A DNA stretch of 64,000 nucleotides from an uncultured Fibrobacterota bacterium. GTDB lineage: Bacteria > Fibrobacterota > Chitinivibrionia > Chitinivibrionales > FEN-1185. The notes under the pieces are model-generated. The model made no database searches. It was not told the origin of the DNA and was given only the letters and a program-made list of their open reading frames with translations. The DNA is taken from contig CAVSQB010000026.1 of NCBI GenBank assembly GCA_963729895.1, positions 96,001-160,000 on the forward strand, read 5' to 3'. The position numbers were made by a program, and so were the translations under genes. Below, in pieces: positions 56,126-64,000 of this stretch (the first letter of the stretch is position 1; the number at the start of each line of letters is the position of its first letter).

Positions 56126-56641
56126 CTACTTCGCCTTCCTCTCCTCCGTCGAATAGCACTCCACAATTTCCCCGTAGTAAAGCGTGTGATAATCCTTCTC
56201 CGGGTACAGGTGTGCGTACTCTTCAATCAGGTTCCGCGGGTCCATCGGCGACTTGTACACGATCCGGCACTCGAACTGGACCCCCGGCACGAGCACGATC
56301 GGCGAATGGACGCTGGTGCCCGGGAACATCTCGAGCCCGCACTCCTCGGCCTTTTTGTGGGCGCGCCCGGATTTTGTACCGCAGAACTCCAGCTGTCTGG
56401 TCATGCCCGACAGCGGGACCGACACCGTAAAATCCTTTGCTCGTTCTATGATGCCGAAGGTGTGCCTCGTTGTGCGCACCGCAACGGTGAGCATCGGTTT
56501 GCCCCAGATAAAGCCGAGTAATGCCCACCCGATCGTCATGGTGTTGACGTCGTCGCCGGCCAGGGCGGTAAGAAACGCACCGCCGGAGCATATCTGGGAC
56601 ATTACCTGGTGCGCCACCGACATGTATTCGATTTTCTGCAT
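56126..56641 (-). CDS. Flavin reductase-like (flavoredoxin) protein
   Basis: NTMTIGW, R.TRHT, CGTKSGR, DYHT.Y.GEI. Confidence 0.88.
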   Translation of the reverse strand: MQKIEYMSVAHQVMSQICSGGAFLTALAGDDVNTMTIGWALLGFIWGKPMLTVAVRTTRHTFGIIERAKDFTVSVPLSGMTRQLEFCGTKSGRAHKKAEECGLEMFPGTSVHSPIVLVPGVQFECRIVYKSPMDPRNLIEEYAHLYPEKDYHTLYYGEIVECYSTEERKAK

Positions 56642-56710
56642 CGCAGGATTCTCCTTTGTGAAATGACAGACACCCGACGAGCCCCGTGCTCAAGCTCATA
56701 CACCGTATTC

Positions 56711-57865
56711 CTATTTGACAATGCTCCGCTCGGTCCTCGACCACACCGCAGTTCTTATTCCCCCCAGATACCGGAAGAACCCCGCGAACAGAGCGGCATT
56801 CATCGATATAAAGTAGTACAGCGGCCTCACAAACGGAAGGGGGAACACAAGGTACGAAAGCGCAACGGCGATGCCGCAGAGCCCTGTGCAGAAGAGGCCC
56901 GCATAGAGCGCCGGCCCCCGCGCCAGAACAAGCAGCAGGCACGACAGGGCCGCGGCAAGGATAAAGAAGGGGGAAAACCATCGTGTTGCCTTATGCGACA
57001 CATAGCAGAACCACGGCCATCCCTTGAGCGGGTTGAGAAAATCGAGGAGCCAGAAGAAAGCCTGAAAGTTGCCCGCTCCTATGCGGATGCGGCGGGAGAA
57101 CTCGTATTTGATGTTTTCGGTGGTATCTTCTTCCGATACGGCCTCGCTGTCGAAGATCATTCTACGCCCGCTGCGGATCGTATTCATGGGAATCAGGACG
57201 TCGTCGTTCGAATAGGCGTTGTGTTGAATGGGTTTGAATATCTCCTTTCGCACGGAGTAGAACCCTCCGAACGCGGAGATGGTGCTGTGCAAGCGCGACT
57301 CAAGCACCTTCTGCCGCGACTCAAACGACCGGTACAACACCTCCTCGAATTCCTTCCGGGAAAACCTGTGCTCGATATGGCCGCCCACCCCGCCCACCGA
57401 CGGGTCCGCATAATGGCGGACCATTTTCCTGAGGCTGTCTGGCCGGTGCATGGTATTAGCGTCTGTAAATAACAGCACCTCGGCCGGTACCCGGGGCGCC
57501 AGGTTGTTGATCACCTCCGTCTTCCCGCCGCGCGTTTCCGCAACCCACAAATGAACGCGCGGATCGCTCACGGCCCTTACGATGGTGTGCGTTGCGTCGG
57601 TACTGCAATCGGACCCTATCCATACGCCGAGCCTGTTGCCGGGATAATCGAGGGCGAGCAGGTTCTCTATCTTCTTCTTGACAACCGCTTCTTCGTTGTA
57701 CACGGGAACCACCACGCCCACGGTGGGGAAAAACGATTCGTTTGCTCGGGCGGGCCTGCCGAACAGCCGTGCAAAAAGAGACAGCAAAACCGGGTAGAGC
57801 GCGTATGAATACGCAAGCAGAAACAGCGACAGCCAGAACACAATCTGCAACGCGACGATCAGCAT
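56711..57865 (-). CDS. Glycosyltransferase family 2 (membrane)
   Basis: VPVYNEE, SDCSTD, FTDAN, NDD, RRIRIGAG. Confidence 0.9.
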   Translation of the reverse strand: MLIVALQIVFWLSLFLLAYSYALYPVLLSLFARLFGRPARANESFFPTVGVVVPVYNEEAVVKKKIENLLALDYPGNRLGVWIGSDCSTDATHTIVRAVSDPRVHLWVAETRGGKTEVINNLAPRVPAEVLLFTDANTMHRPDSLRKMVRHYADPSVGGVGGHIEHRFSRKEFEEVLYRSFESRQKVLESRLHSTISAFGGFYSVRKEIFKPIQHNAYSNDDVLIPMNTIRSGRRMIFDSEAVSEEDTTENIKYEFSRRIRIGAGNFQAFFWLLDFLNPLKGWPWFCYVSHKATRWFSPFFILAAALSCLLLVLARGPALYAGLFCTGLCGIAVALSYLVFPLPFVRPLYYFISMNAALFAGFFRYLGGIRTAVWSRTERSIVK

Positions 57866-59346
57866 GATGCGGCCGGCTTTCTTTTCAAGGATCGATGCAG
57901 AAGGTACGGAAGAAGAGTGCGGAACCCCTTGACAAGCCTGTTGAATTCCCCCGGGTCGCGCAGCGCCTGGAGCGCCTTACCCGCAATATATCCCGGGCGC
58001 AGGTAGAATTCACGCCGCGCTCTGTCACAGAAATCGACCAGCGTTTCGTAGGATAGATTGGGGTTCGAAACCACCGACGAATGCAGGCCGTCTTCGGTGA
58101 GCCATTTGCGGAAATCTTCGGTGACGATCCAGCCCTTTTCCTTGAAATAGTGGTAGTCGCTTGTGCCGGGATACACCATGATGGGAAAGAACTGGGCCGT
58201 GTCCGGGTTCAGCTCCTTGGCAAACCGGAGGGTGGTTTCGAGCGATGTGCGCGTTTCTCCCCTGTTGCCGACCATAAAGCAGCCGTGGATGAGGATGCCT
58301 GCGCGCCTGGCGTCTTTCACGAAGCGCCGTATCTTTTCAATTGAAGTCCCTTTTCTTATGTTGTCAAGTATTGTCTGGTCTCCGCTTTCGAACCCTACGC
58401 AGAACAGCCGGCAGCCGGCTTTCTTCATGGCGGCCATGGTGTGAAAATCCACGTCGGCGCGGGAATTGGCCGACCAGGGAATGCCGGTCGTGTGCGCTTC
58501 GATAAGCGCCGAAGAAAGATCGCGGCACCGCTTCGGGTCCGCCGTGAGCGTATCGTCTTCGATCATGATTTCTTTTGCATGCGGGAAATTGTCCCGTATG
58601 AACACGAACTCTTCGACGACGCTGGCAACCGAGCGGCGCCGGTAGCGGTGGCCCTGAAGCACCTGCGGTACCACGCAGTAGGTGCAATGAAACGGACATC
58701 CCCGGCCGGTCATGATCACCACAAGCGGGTGCCTGCTGTGGCCGTAGAAGTATGGTTCTATGGCGAGGTGCTTCTTGTACACCATCGACACCGGGGGCAA
58801 CTCATCGAGATTTTCAATGTATTGCCGGGGACCGTTTCGGACAATTGCCCCGTTCGAATTTCGATAGGCAATGCCTGGCACCCCGGCAAGCCCGGAAATG
58901 CCCTTCCCCGACGACAGGACCGCCGCCATATCGAGCACCGTCGCCTCGTATTCTCCATACGCAACTGCGTCGAGCGAGGGGTCGAGGAGGAGAGTCTGTT
59001 CGGGAAGCGCCGACACGTGCGCGCCCACGAGTACCGTGCACAGTCCGGTGATCTGCCGCTTCAGGCCGGAGGCCGCGGCCACGTCGCTGTAGATGCTCGG
59101 GGTCGACGTGTCGATAACGGCAAGAGACGGGGAAAACGCCGCAATGCGGGCGGCTGTTTCTTCAAAGGAAAGGCCCACGGCCGGCGCATCGATGAACAGC
59201 ACTTCGTGCCCATACTTTTCCAGATATCCAACCGCATACGCAAGCCACATTGGGTAGTACAGCGTGCCGCTTTTGGCAACAGCGGGAGAGCGGGATTCCC
59301 TGGAGTATCTCGGAAGAAATGGAGGGTTAAGCGCTGCAATCTTCAT
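57859..59346 (-). CDS. B12-binding radical SAM protein (HpnJ-like N-terminus)
   Basis: 'YYPMWLAYA', RGCPFHCTYC, EDDT, GFESG. Confidence 0.88.
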   Translation of the reverse strand: MKIAALNPPFLPRYSRESRSPAVAKSGTLYYPMWLAYAVGYLEKYGHEVLFIDAPAVGLSFEETAARIAAFSPSLAVIDTSTPSIYSDVAAASGLKRQITGLCTVLVGAHVSALPEQTLLLDPSLDAVAYGEYEATVLDMAAVLSSGKGISGLAGVPGIAYRNSNGAIVRNGPRQYIENLDELPPVSMVYKKHLAIEPYFYGHSRHPLVVIMTGRGCPFHCTYCVVPQVLQGHRYRRRSVASVVEEFVFIRDNFPHAKEIMIEDDTLTADPKRCRDLSSALIEAHTTGIPWSANSRADVDFHTMAAMKKAGCRLFCVGFESGDQTILDNIRKGTSIEKIRRFVKDARRAGILIHGCFMVGNRGETRTSLETTLRFAKELNPDTAQFFPIMVYPGTSDYHYFKEKGWIVTEDFRKWLTEDGLHSSVVSNPNLSYETLVDFCDRARREFYLRPGYIAGKALQALRDPGEFNRLVKGFRTLLPYLLHRSLKRKPAASC

Positions 59347-59488
59347 GGAGTACGTGGTGTCCTGTGTCCGAACCCCGCCCCCGGCGTCCCGGTGAAATAC
59401 CAGGCGTGGGAACGGTACCGGAGGCATTCCCGTTGCAGGCAACCCGGTCCCTCGGCGATGGAAAACCGCTTTCAAGCCCGGGCAGGCC

Positions 59489-59818
59489 TCAAATGAACTG
59501 GTCGATCTTTGCCTTAAGAGCCTTCTTGGCAAGAAGCCCCACCTGCTGATCTACAACGTTGCCGCCCTTTACAAAAAGAATGGTGGGAATATTGCTTACC
59601 GAATACCGGGACGCGGTGAGAGGCGAATTGTCCACGTTGAGCTTGCCTATTTTCAACCTGCCGCCGTATTCCAGGGCAAGCTCTTCAACGATCGGGGTAA
59701 GCATCTTGCACGGCCCGCACCATTCCGCCCAGAAATCAACCAGCACGGGAACGGAGGAGTGCAATACTTCGCCTTCGAAATTGGCGTCGGTGAATTCGGC
59801 GAGACTATCACTTGACAT
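59489..59818 (-). CDS. trxA: Thioredoxin
   Basis: VLVDFWAEWCGPCK. Confidence 0.95.
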   Translation of the reverse strand: MSSDSLAEFTDANFEGEVLHSSVPVLVDFWAEWCGPCKMLTPIVEELALEYGGRLKIGKLNVDNSPLTASRYSVSNIPTILFVKGGNVVDQQVGLLAKKALKAKIDQFI

Positions 59819-59874
59819 AGAAGACTCCTTCCGGGCGCTTGTACGGTTGCACCGGCAGGGCGACAAGCCCGTTG

Positions 59875-60177
59875 TCACCCTCGTTTCTGGAGCACATCCA
59901 GAACCGCGGCCCTCAATTTCTGCCAGCCGGCCGGATCATTCTTGTATTTGTTGACCATGGCCTTAGCCTTTGGCCCGTCTATTCCCGTCACCGCGCACAG
60001 CCGCCGGTACCGCTCGGCCTTTTGCTGCTGGTTGAGCGTTTTGTCTGTTGAAAGCAGGTCTATGCCGGCGAAGTAGGAAACATAATTTTGAAACCCGGGT
60101 GGAAGATCGGCGGAATGCACGGCCCCGGCTGCGCACAGCAGAAGAACCGCACAACACGCTCCAATCATTCTTTTCAT
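59875..60177 (-). CDS. Small hypothetical exported protein
   Basis: Signal-like N-terminus; co-oriented between the GT9 gene and trxA. Confidence 0.55.
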   Translation of the reverse strand: MKRMIGACCAVLLLCAAGAVHSADLPPGFQNYVSYFAGIDLLSTDKTLNQQQKAERYRRLCAVTGIDGPKAKAMVNKYKNDPAGWQKLRAAVLDVLQKRG

Positions 60178-60278
60178 GCTGTATAAAAATGATGGGTGCA
60201 AGAGTAAGAGTCAAGAGTATAAGGAACTGGTTTTGGGACACGGCGCCCGGAATATTCCTTGGCACGCAAAACCTGTGA

Positions 60279-61310
60279 TCACAAATTTGTTTCCGCCTCA
60301 TTGTTCTGATGATAAAGATTTTCGAGGCCGGCAATAACGGCTTCGGGACGGATCTTCTTGAGACAGTTCCTCGATCCCGTAAGACAAATGTTTCCTCCAT
60401 GCGCGTGGCATGGCCGGCAGAACTGCGAGGCCTCAAAGACGCAAAAAGGCGGATTGCCCAAGGGATAAAAACCGAAATGGGACGTGGTGGGCCCGTAAAT
60501 GACGCCCGTTTTGACCCCGCAGGCCCGCGCCATATGCGACAGCCCCGTGTCATTTCCGAGCGCAAGCCTGCATCGCTGCAGAAGGCAGGCGGTTTCGTAC
60601 AGAGACAGCTTTCCCGCAACCGAAACGCAGCGCTCTCCTATGCTTCGCCGCAGGCTCTCGCCCGCGCGCGCGTCCTGCGGTCCGCCCGCGATAAAGACGT
60701 CCCAGCCCTTGATGGCAAAATAGCGGCCGACAAACGCGAATTTTGCCACAGGCCATTCCTTGTTCTTCCACGCGCTGAACGGAAACAGGGCAACCGCAGG
60801 CCGCACCACCGCGCTCGAGGGGAAAAACCGCATGGCCTGCTCGCATGTGCGTTCGTCAAGACACAACCGGGCCGGGGGGAAATCCCGCGGTTCATGCCCG
60901 GAATATCCCGCGGCCCGGGCATAGCGGCCGATCACGCTGTCGCCCTGCGGGTACAGGCTGACCCGACCGAGCAGCAGGACCGCGCGCTCAACACGCCGTT
61001 TCTTGAAAACGGACACCGGCGCCTTTGCACGAATGCGCCTCCGTATGCGCACACTTCTCCTGTTGTTCTGCAGGTCAATAATTTTGTCCCATGCCACGCC
61101 CGAGAGTTCCGAGACCGCCTTCCCCTCCTTGCCCCTTTCAAGTGCAACGACTTTCGTCACGCGCGGATCGGCCCAAAAGAGCCCGGCGTATTCGACCTCG
61201 GTTGCAAACCAGATGTTCGATTGGGGAAACGAGGATTTCAGATATTCCACGACGCTCGTGGCAAGAACCACGTCGCCCAGGGATGAGAGACGAATAATAA
61301 GAATGTTCAT
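60279..61310 (-). CDS. Glycosyltransferase family 9 (LPS heptosyltransferase-like)
   Basis: ILIIRLSSLGDVV, IDLQ, K.WP, GNDTGLSHMA, YGPT. Confidence 0.92.
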   Translation of the reverse strand: MNILIIRLSSLGDVVLATSVVEYLKSSFPQSNIWFATEVEYAGLFWADPRVTKVVALERGKEGKAVSELSGVAWDKIIDLQNNRRSVRIRRRIRAKAPVSVFKKRRVERAVLLLGRVSLYPQGDSVIGRYARAAGYSGHEPRDFPPARLCLDERTCEQAMRFFPSSAVVRPAVALFPFSAWKNKEWPVAKFAFVGRYFAIKGWDVFIAGGPQDARAGESLRRSIGERCVSVAGKLSLYETACLLQRCRLALGNDTGLSHMARACGVKTGVIYGPTTSHFGFYPLGNPPFCVFEASQFCRPCHAHGGNICLTGSRNCLKKIRPEAVIAGLENLYHQNNEAETNL

Positions 61311-61441
61311 GTCGTTGTGGGTTTCAAAATACCTTTCGAAAAAATCAAAGTCGAGTCAAAATGTATTTTCATTTCATGGAAATCATTTTATACTATGGTG
61401 ATCTTTTCATCGCACGAACCGGAACAGCAAGGTAAGGCCCC

Positions 61442-62572
61442 ATGAATGAATCCTCAGACCTCAACGCACCAGTCAAACGGTACATCCGTCCGGCCCCTGC
61501 CCAGGCCGTCAACCCGTACCAGTCACCCATGCCGAAAGTGGGCGACATGATCGGACCCAACAGGATCACCCAGCTTGTGGGCGAAGGCGGAATGGCGAGC
61601 GTGTACAAGGTCTGGCACGAAGGCCTTGAGGTCACCAGGGCGCTCAAAATTCTCAAGAACGCGTCGGATAAGGAATCGAGGGAGCGGTTTTTTACAGAAG
61701 CGAAGATCCTTGCCGACATACATCACCCGAACATCATCGAGATCCACAACATCGGCTACTGGGAACAGCAGATCCCCTTTATCGAAATGGAATTCGTTGA
61801 CGGCTCGTCGATCCGCGACCTTCTTACCGCCTGCGGCAGGTTCCCGCTCCCGGTGGCCCTTATCACGGCATATTCGGTGTGCCAGTCGCTCCACTATGCC
61901 CACACCAAAGATTACACGCTCTACGGAAAAGTGTACAAGGGGCTTATCCACCGAGACATCAAACCGGACAACGTCATCATATCGAAGGACGGCATCGTGA
62001 AGCTGATGGATTTCGGCATAGCGCGGCCCACCGAGGTAAGCCTGCACACCATCGGCGGCAAGGTGATGGGATCGCTCGCGTATCTTTCGCCGGAGCAGCT
62101 TGAAGGCAAGGACATCGACCACCGGAGCGACATTTTCTCCGTGGGGTCAGTGCTTTACGAAATGATAACGGGCCGGCGGGCGTTTCCCCAGAAGACCATA
62201 TCGGACCTGGTGCGCCAGAAATCGAAAGGCGAATTCGCACCGCTCGATTCGTTCGGCATCGCCGTGCCCGCTTCCGTTGTCGATGCGGTCAACAAGAGCA
62301 TGGCGCTGGCTCGGGAAGAGCGGTTTGCGACCGCAGCGGAAATGGCAAACGCCTTGTACCGCGAATTCAAGATGATATCCGACCGTGCGCCTTCCGACGT
62401 GATTTACTCGTTTATCAAGAACCCGGCGGAGCAGCAGCCCGACGCGGACGTGCAGACGAAAGCGAAAAAGAAAGGGATGGCGACGCCGGCGTTGGTGGCA
62501 CTTACGGCCGGGGGATCGATAGTGCTTATAGCCGTCCTGTTCACCATCGCAAAGGTGTGCGGTCTATTGTAG
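61442..62572 (+). CDS. Hanks-type Ser/Thr protein kinase with C-terminal TM anchor
   Basis: GEGGMASVY, ALK, HRDIKPDN, DFGIA, YLSPEQ. Confidence 0.93.
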   Translation: MNESSDLNAPVKRYIRPAPAQAVNPYQSPMPKVGDMIGPNRITQLVGEGGMASVYKVWHEGLEVTRALKILKNASDKESRERFFTEAKILADIHHPNIIEIHNIGYWEQQIPFIEMEFVDGSSIRDLLTACGRFPLPVALITAYSVCQSLHYAHTKDYTLYGKVYKGLIHRDIKPDNVIISKDGIVKLMDFGIARPTEVSLHTIGGKVMGSLAYLSPEQLEGKDIDHRSDIFSVGSVLYEMITGRRAFPQKTISDLVRQKSKGEFAPLDSFGIAVPASVVDAVNKSMALAREERFATAAEMANALYREFKMISDRAPSDVIYSFIKNPAEQQPDADVQTKAKKKGMATPALVALTAGGSIVLIAVLFTIAKVCGLL

Positions 62573-63445
62573 CGCAACCTCCCCGGTGCTGTCGGGGCCG
62601 GGGAAGAACATTTCCTCGGGGTCAAGCGGGACGCCGCGGCGCCAGATTTCATAGTGGAGGTGGGGGCCGCTGGTGACCCCCGACAGTCCCATGGTGGCAA
62701 TGCGGTCGCCTTTCTTCACCTTCTTGCCTGAAAATACCTCAACGGTTCCGAGATGGGCGTACACCGTGCTGTACCCGGATCCGTGGCTGACCACGATCCG
62801 TTTTCCCCATGTCTTGCCGTCTTCAACCCGCGCCACCGTGCCGGATGCGGTTGCGAAAACCGGGGTACCCCGCACGCCGATGAAATCGGTTCCAAAGTGA
62901 TGTTTTATCGTGCCGGTAAAAGGGTCCATTTCGAGCGAGAAGTGGGCGCTTACCATCGATTTGTCTCCCACTGGCTTGATAAGCGGAATTGAATCAAGAA
63001 ATCCGGGGCGCCGCGCCAGCGTGGCGACAATTCCCCGAAACAGTTCCTCCTCGACCTTCACCTTTGCAACAAGATCGCCGGGGCTCGCCTCGTGCGCCCT
63101 GCCCTTCCCGTGAACGCGCGGCCGGCCGCCTTCCTTTCTTCCGAACTTTTCGAGGATGGACACCCTCTTGCGATCGAGACGGTCCAGTTCGGAGCTGAGC
63201 GTAACGCGCAGCCGGTACAACGGCCTGATCATGGCGGCAAGTTTTCCGTTCTGGTCCTTCAGGTTCCGTTCCTGGTTCTGTTTGACGACGTCGAGGGTGA
63301 AACCGTTGAACGGGATGAAGTACCCCACAAAGCCAGCGGCGATTATGGCGGCAATCACCGCGATGAGCGTGCGCGGTATTCTCAGCGTGCGGACTCTTGC
63401 CCCGCCCGGCGGGACCAACAGGATTCCCTTCTTGCGGCCTTTCAT
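62564..63445 (-). CDS. M23 metallopeptidase (coiled coil + LytM)
   Basis: HFGTD, YAHL, GPHLHYE. Confidence 0.92.
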   Translation of the reverse strand: MKGRKKGILLVPPGGARVRTLRIPRTLIAVIAAIIAAGFVGYFIPFNGFTLDVVKQNQERNLKDQNGKLAAMIRPLYRLRVTLSSELDRLDRKRVSILEKFGRKEGGRPRVHGKGRAHEASPGDLVAKVKVEEELFRGIVATLARRPGFLDSIPLIKPVGDKSMVSAHFSLEMDPFTGTIKHHFGTDFIGVRGTPVFATASGTVARVEDGKTWGKRIVVSHGSGYSTVYAHLGTVEVFSGKKVKKGDRIATMGLSGVTSGPHLHYEIWRRGVPLDPEEMFFPGPDSTGEVALQ

Positions 63446-63451
63446 AGGGTG

Positions 63452-63808
63452 CTAGACGCCCACCGGATCTCCCGGGTCGGCGGCCCGGGCTCTGGTCTTT
63501 CTTGCGTCTTCGGAAATTGCCTTCACTTTGCCGTCGATGAGGGCGAGTTCCTCGTTGAGCGCCCGGATGTTCTCAATCGCTTTTTTCACCAGAAGATCGT
63601 TTGCGGCTTCGGAGGTCTTGCCGGTTTCCGCAAGGTCGAACACCCGTTCGCCTATGTCCACGCAGTTCCTTTCGATCTTCTTTTTCGCCGCGTACTCCTC
63701 GATCTTGAGTTTGCCGATCTTGGAATATTCCTCGATTTTTTCGATGGAGAGTGCGGCCCCTTCCTTGAAGTTCTTCCTTATTTTTTCCCACACATTGTCG
63801 CGGTCCAT
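63452..63808 (-). CDS. Hypothetical coiled-coil protein
   Basis: 118-aa ORF with SD ggaggg; 'IGKLK.E.........IGE.V'. Confidence 0.65.
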   Translation of the reverse strand: MDRDNVWEKIRKNFKEGAALSIEKIEEYSKIGKLKIEEYAAKKKIERNCVDIGERVFDLAETGKTSEAANDLLVKKAIENIRALNEELALIDGKVKAISEDARKTRARAADPGDPVGV

Positions 63809-63955
63809 GGTACCCTCCTGCTGAGTTTAGGTAAACCGAAGATCTGGTTTAAAGATACTATGTGTTAGGGTCATTGGCATACCACCAAACAATCACCGAC
63901 TTTGAAAACGTACCGGGAAGCGGCAGGCACGCGCGCTGATTTTTCCGGTTTCTTC

Positions 63956-63983
63956 TTGACATTAACAGCGATTATTGTATTAT
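63956..63983 (+). promoter_or_regulatory. Candidate sigma70 promoter for a gene beyond the window
   Basis: TTGACA-16 nt-TATTAT with TG immediately before the -10. Confidence 0.5.
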
Positions 63984-64000
63984 TTTAAAGTGGTTCAGTA

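Noticed and set aside
1..64000. tRNA, rRNA, CRISPR array, prophage
   Set aside because: No cloverleaf or T-loop signatures in intergenic DNA, no periodic repeats and no phage structural genes recognised.

Overview
64 kb of a GC-rich diderm bacterial chromosome. Gene content (C-terminally tagged secreted proteins, many novel outer-membrane beta-barrels, PorX next to tsaE, TSP3-OmpA paralogs) suggests the FCB group, probably a Fibrobacterota/Chitinivibrionia-like lineage (inference). Contents, left to right: secreted BsuPI-domain protein and GH30 hydrolase; an intact IS3-family element; a cell-envelope block (DUF6175, TPR lipoprotein, porin, S8 protease, two OmpA); a carbon-metabolism block pckG-accD-accA-[carboxyltransferase::AccB fusion]; a decayed integron-like cassette; a DUF2294 gene; an rve-type IS; a TPAT-type TRAP transporter; a CNNM protein; tsaE-porX-histidine kinase; serS; a flexirubin/aryl-polyene-like type II PKS cluster split by a visibly AT-richer redox island; lnt, GT2, B12 radical SAM, trxA, GT9, Ser/Thr kinase and M23 peptidase. 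The top candidate for an undescribed system is an oxaloacetate/pyruvate carboxyltransferase fused to a complete ACC-type BCCP, encoded with accD/accA and next to PEPCK, with no biotin carboxylase in the window. This could be an ATP-independent oxaloacetate:acetyl-CoA transcarboxylase for making malonyl-CoA. pckG is preceded by a candidate attenuator RNA, and a second structured RNA precedes the nearby DUF2294 gene. Intergenic DNA holds at least five families of small hairpin repeats. No tRNA, rRNA or CRISPR array was seen. All family assignments come from motif recognition, not database searches.
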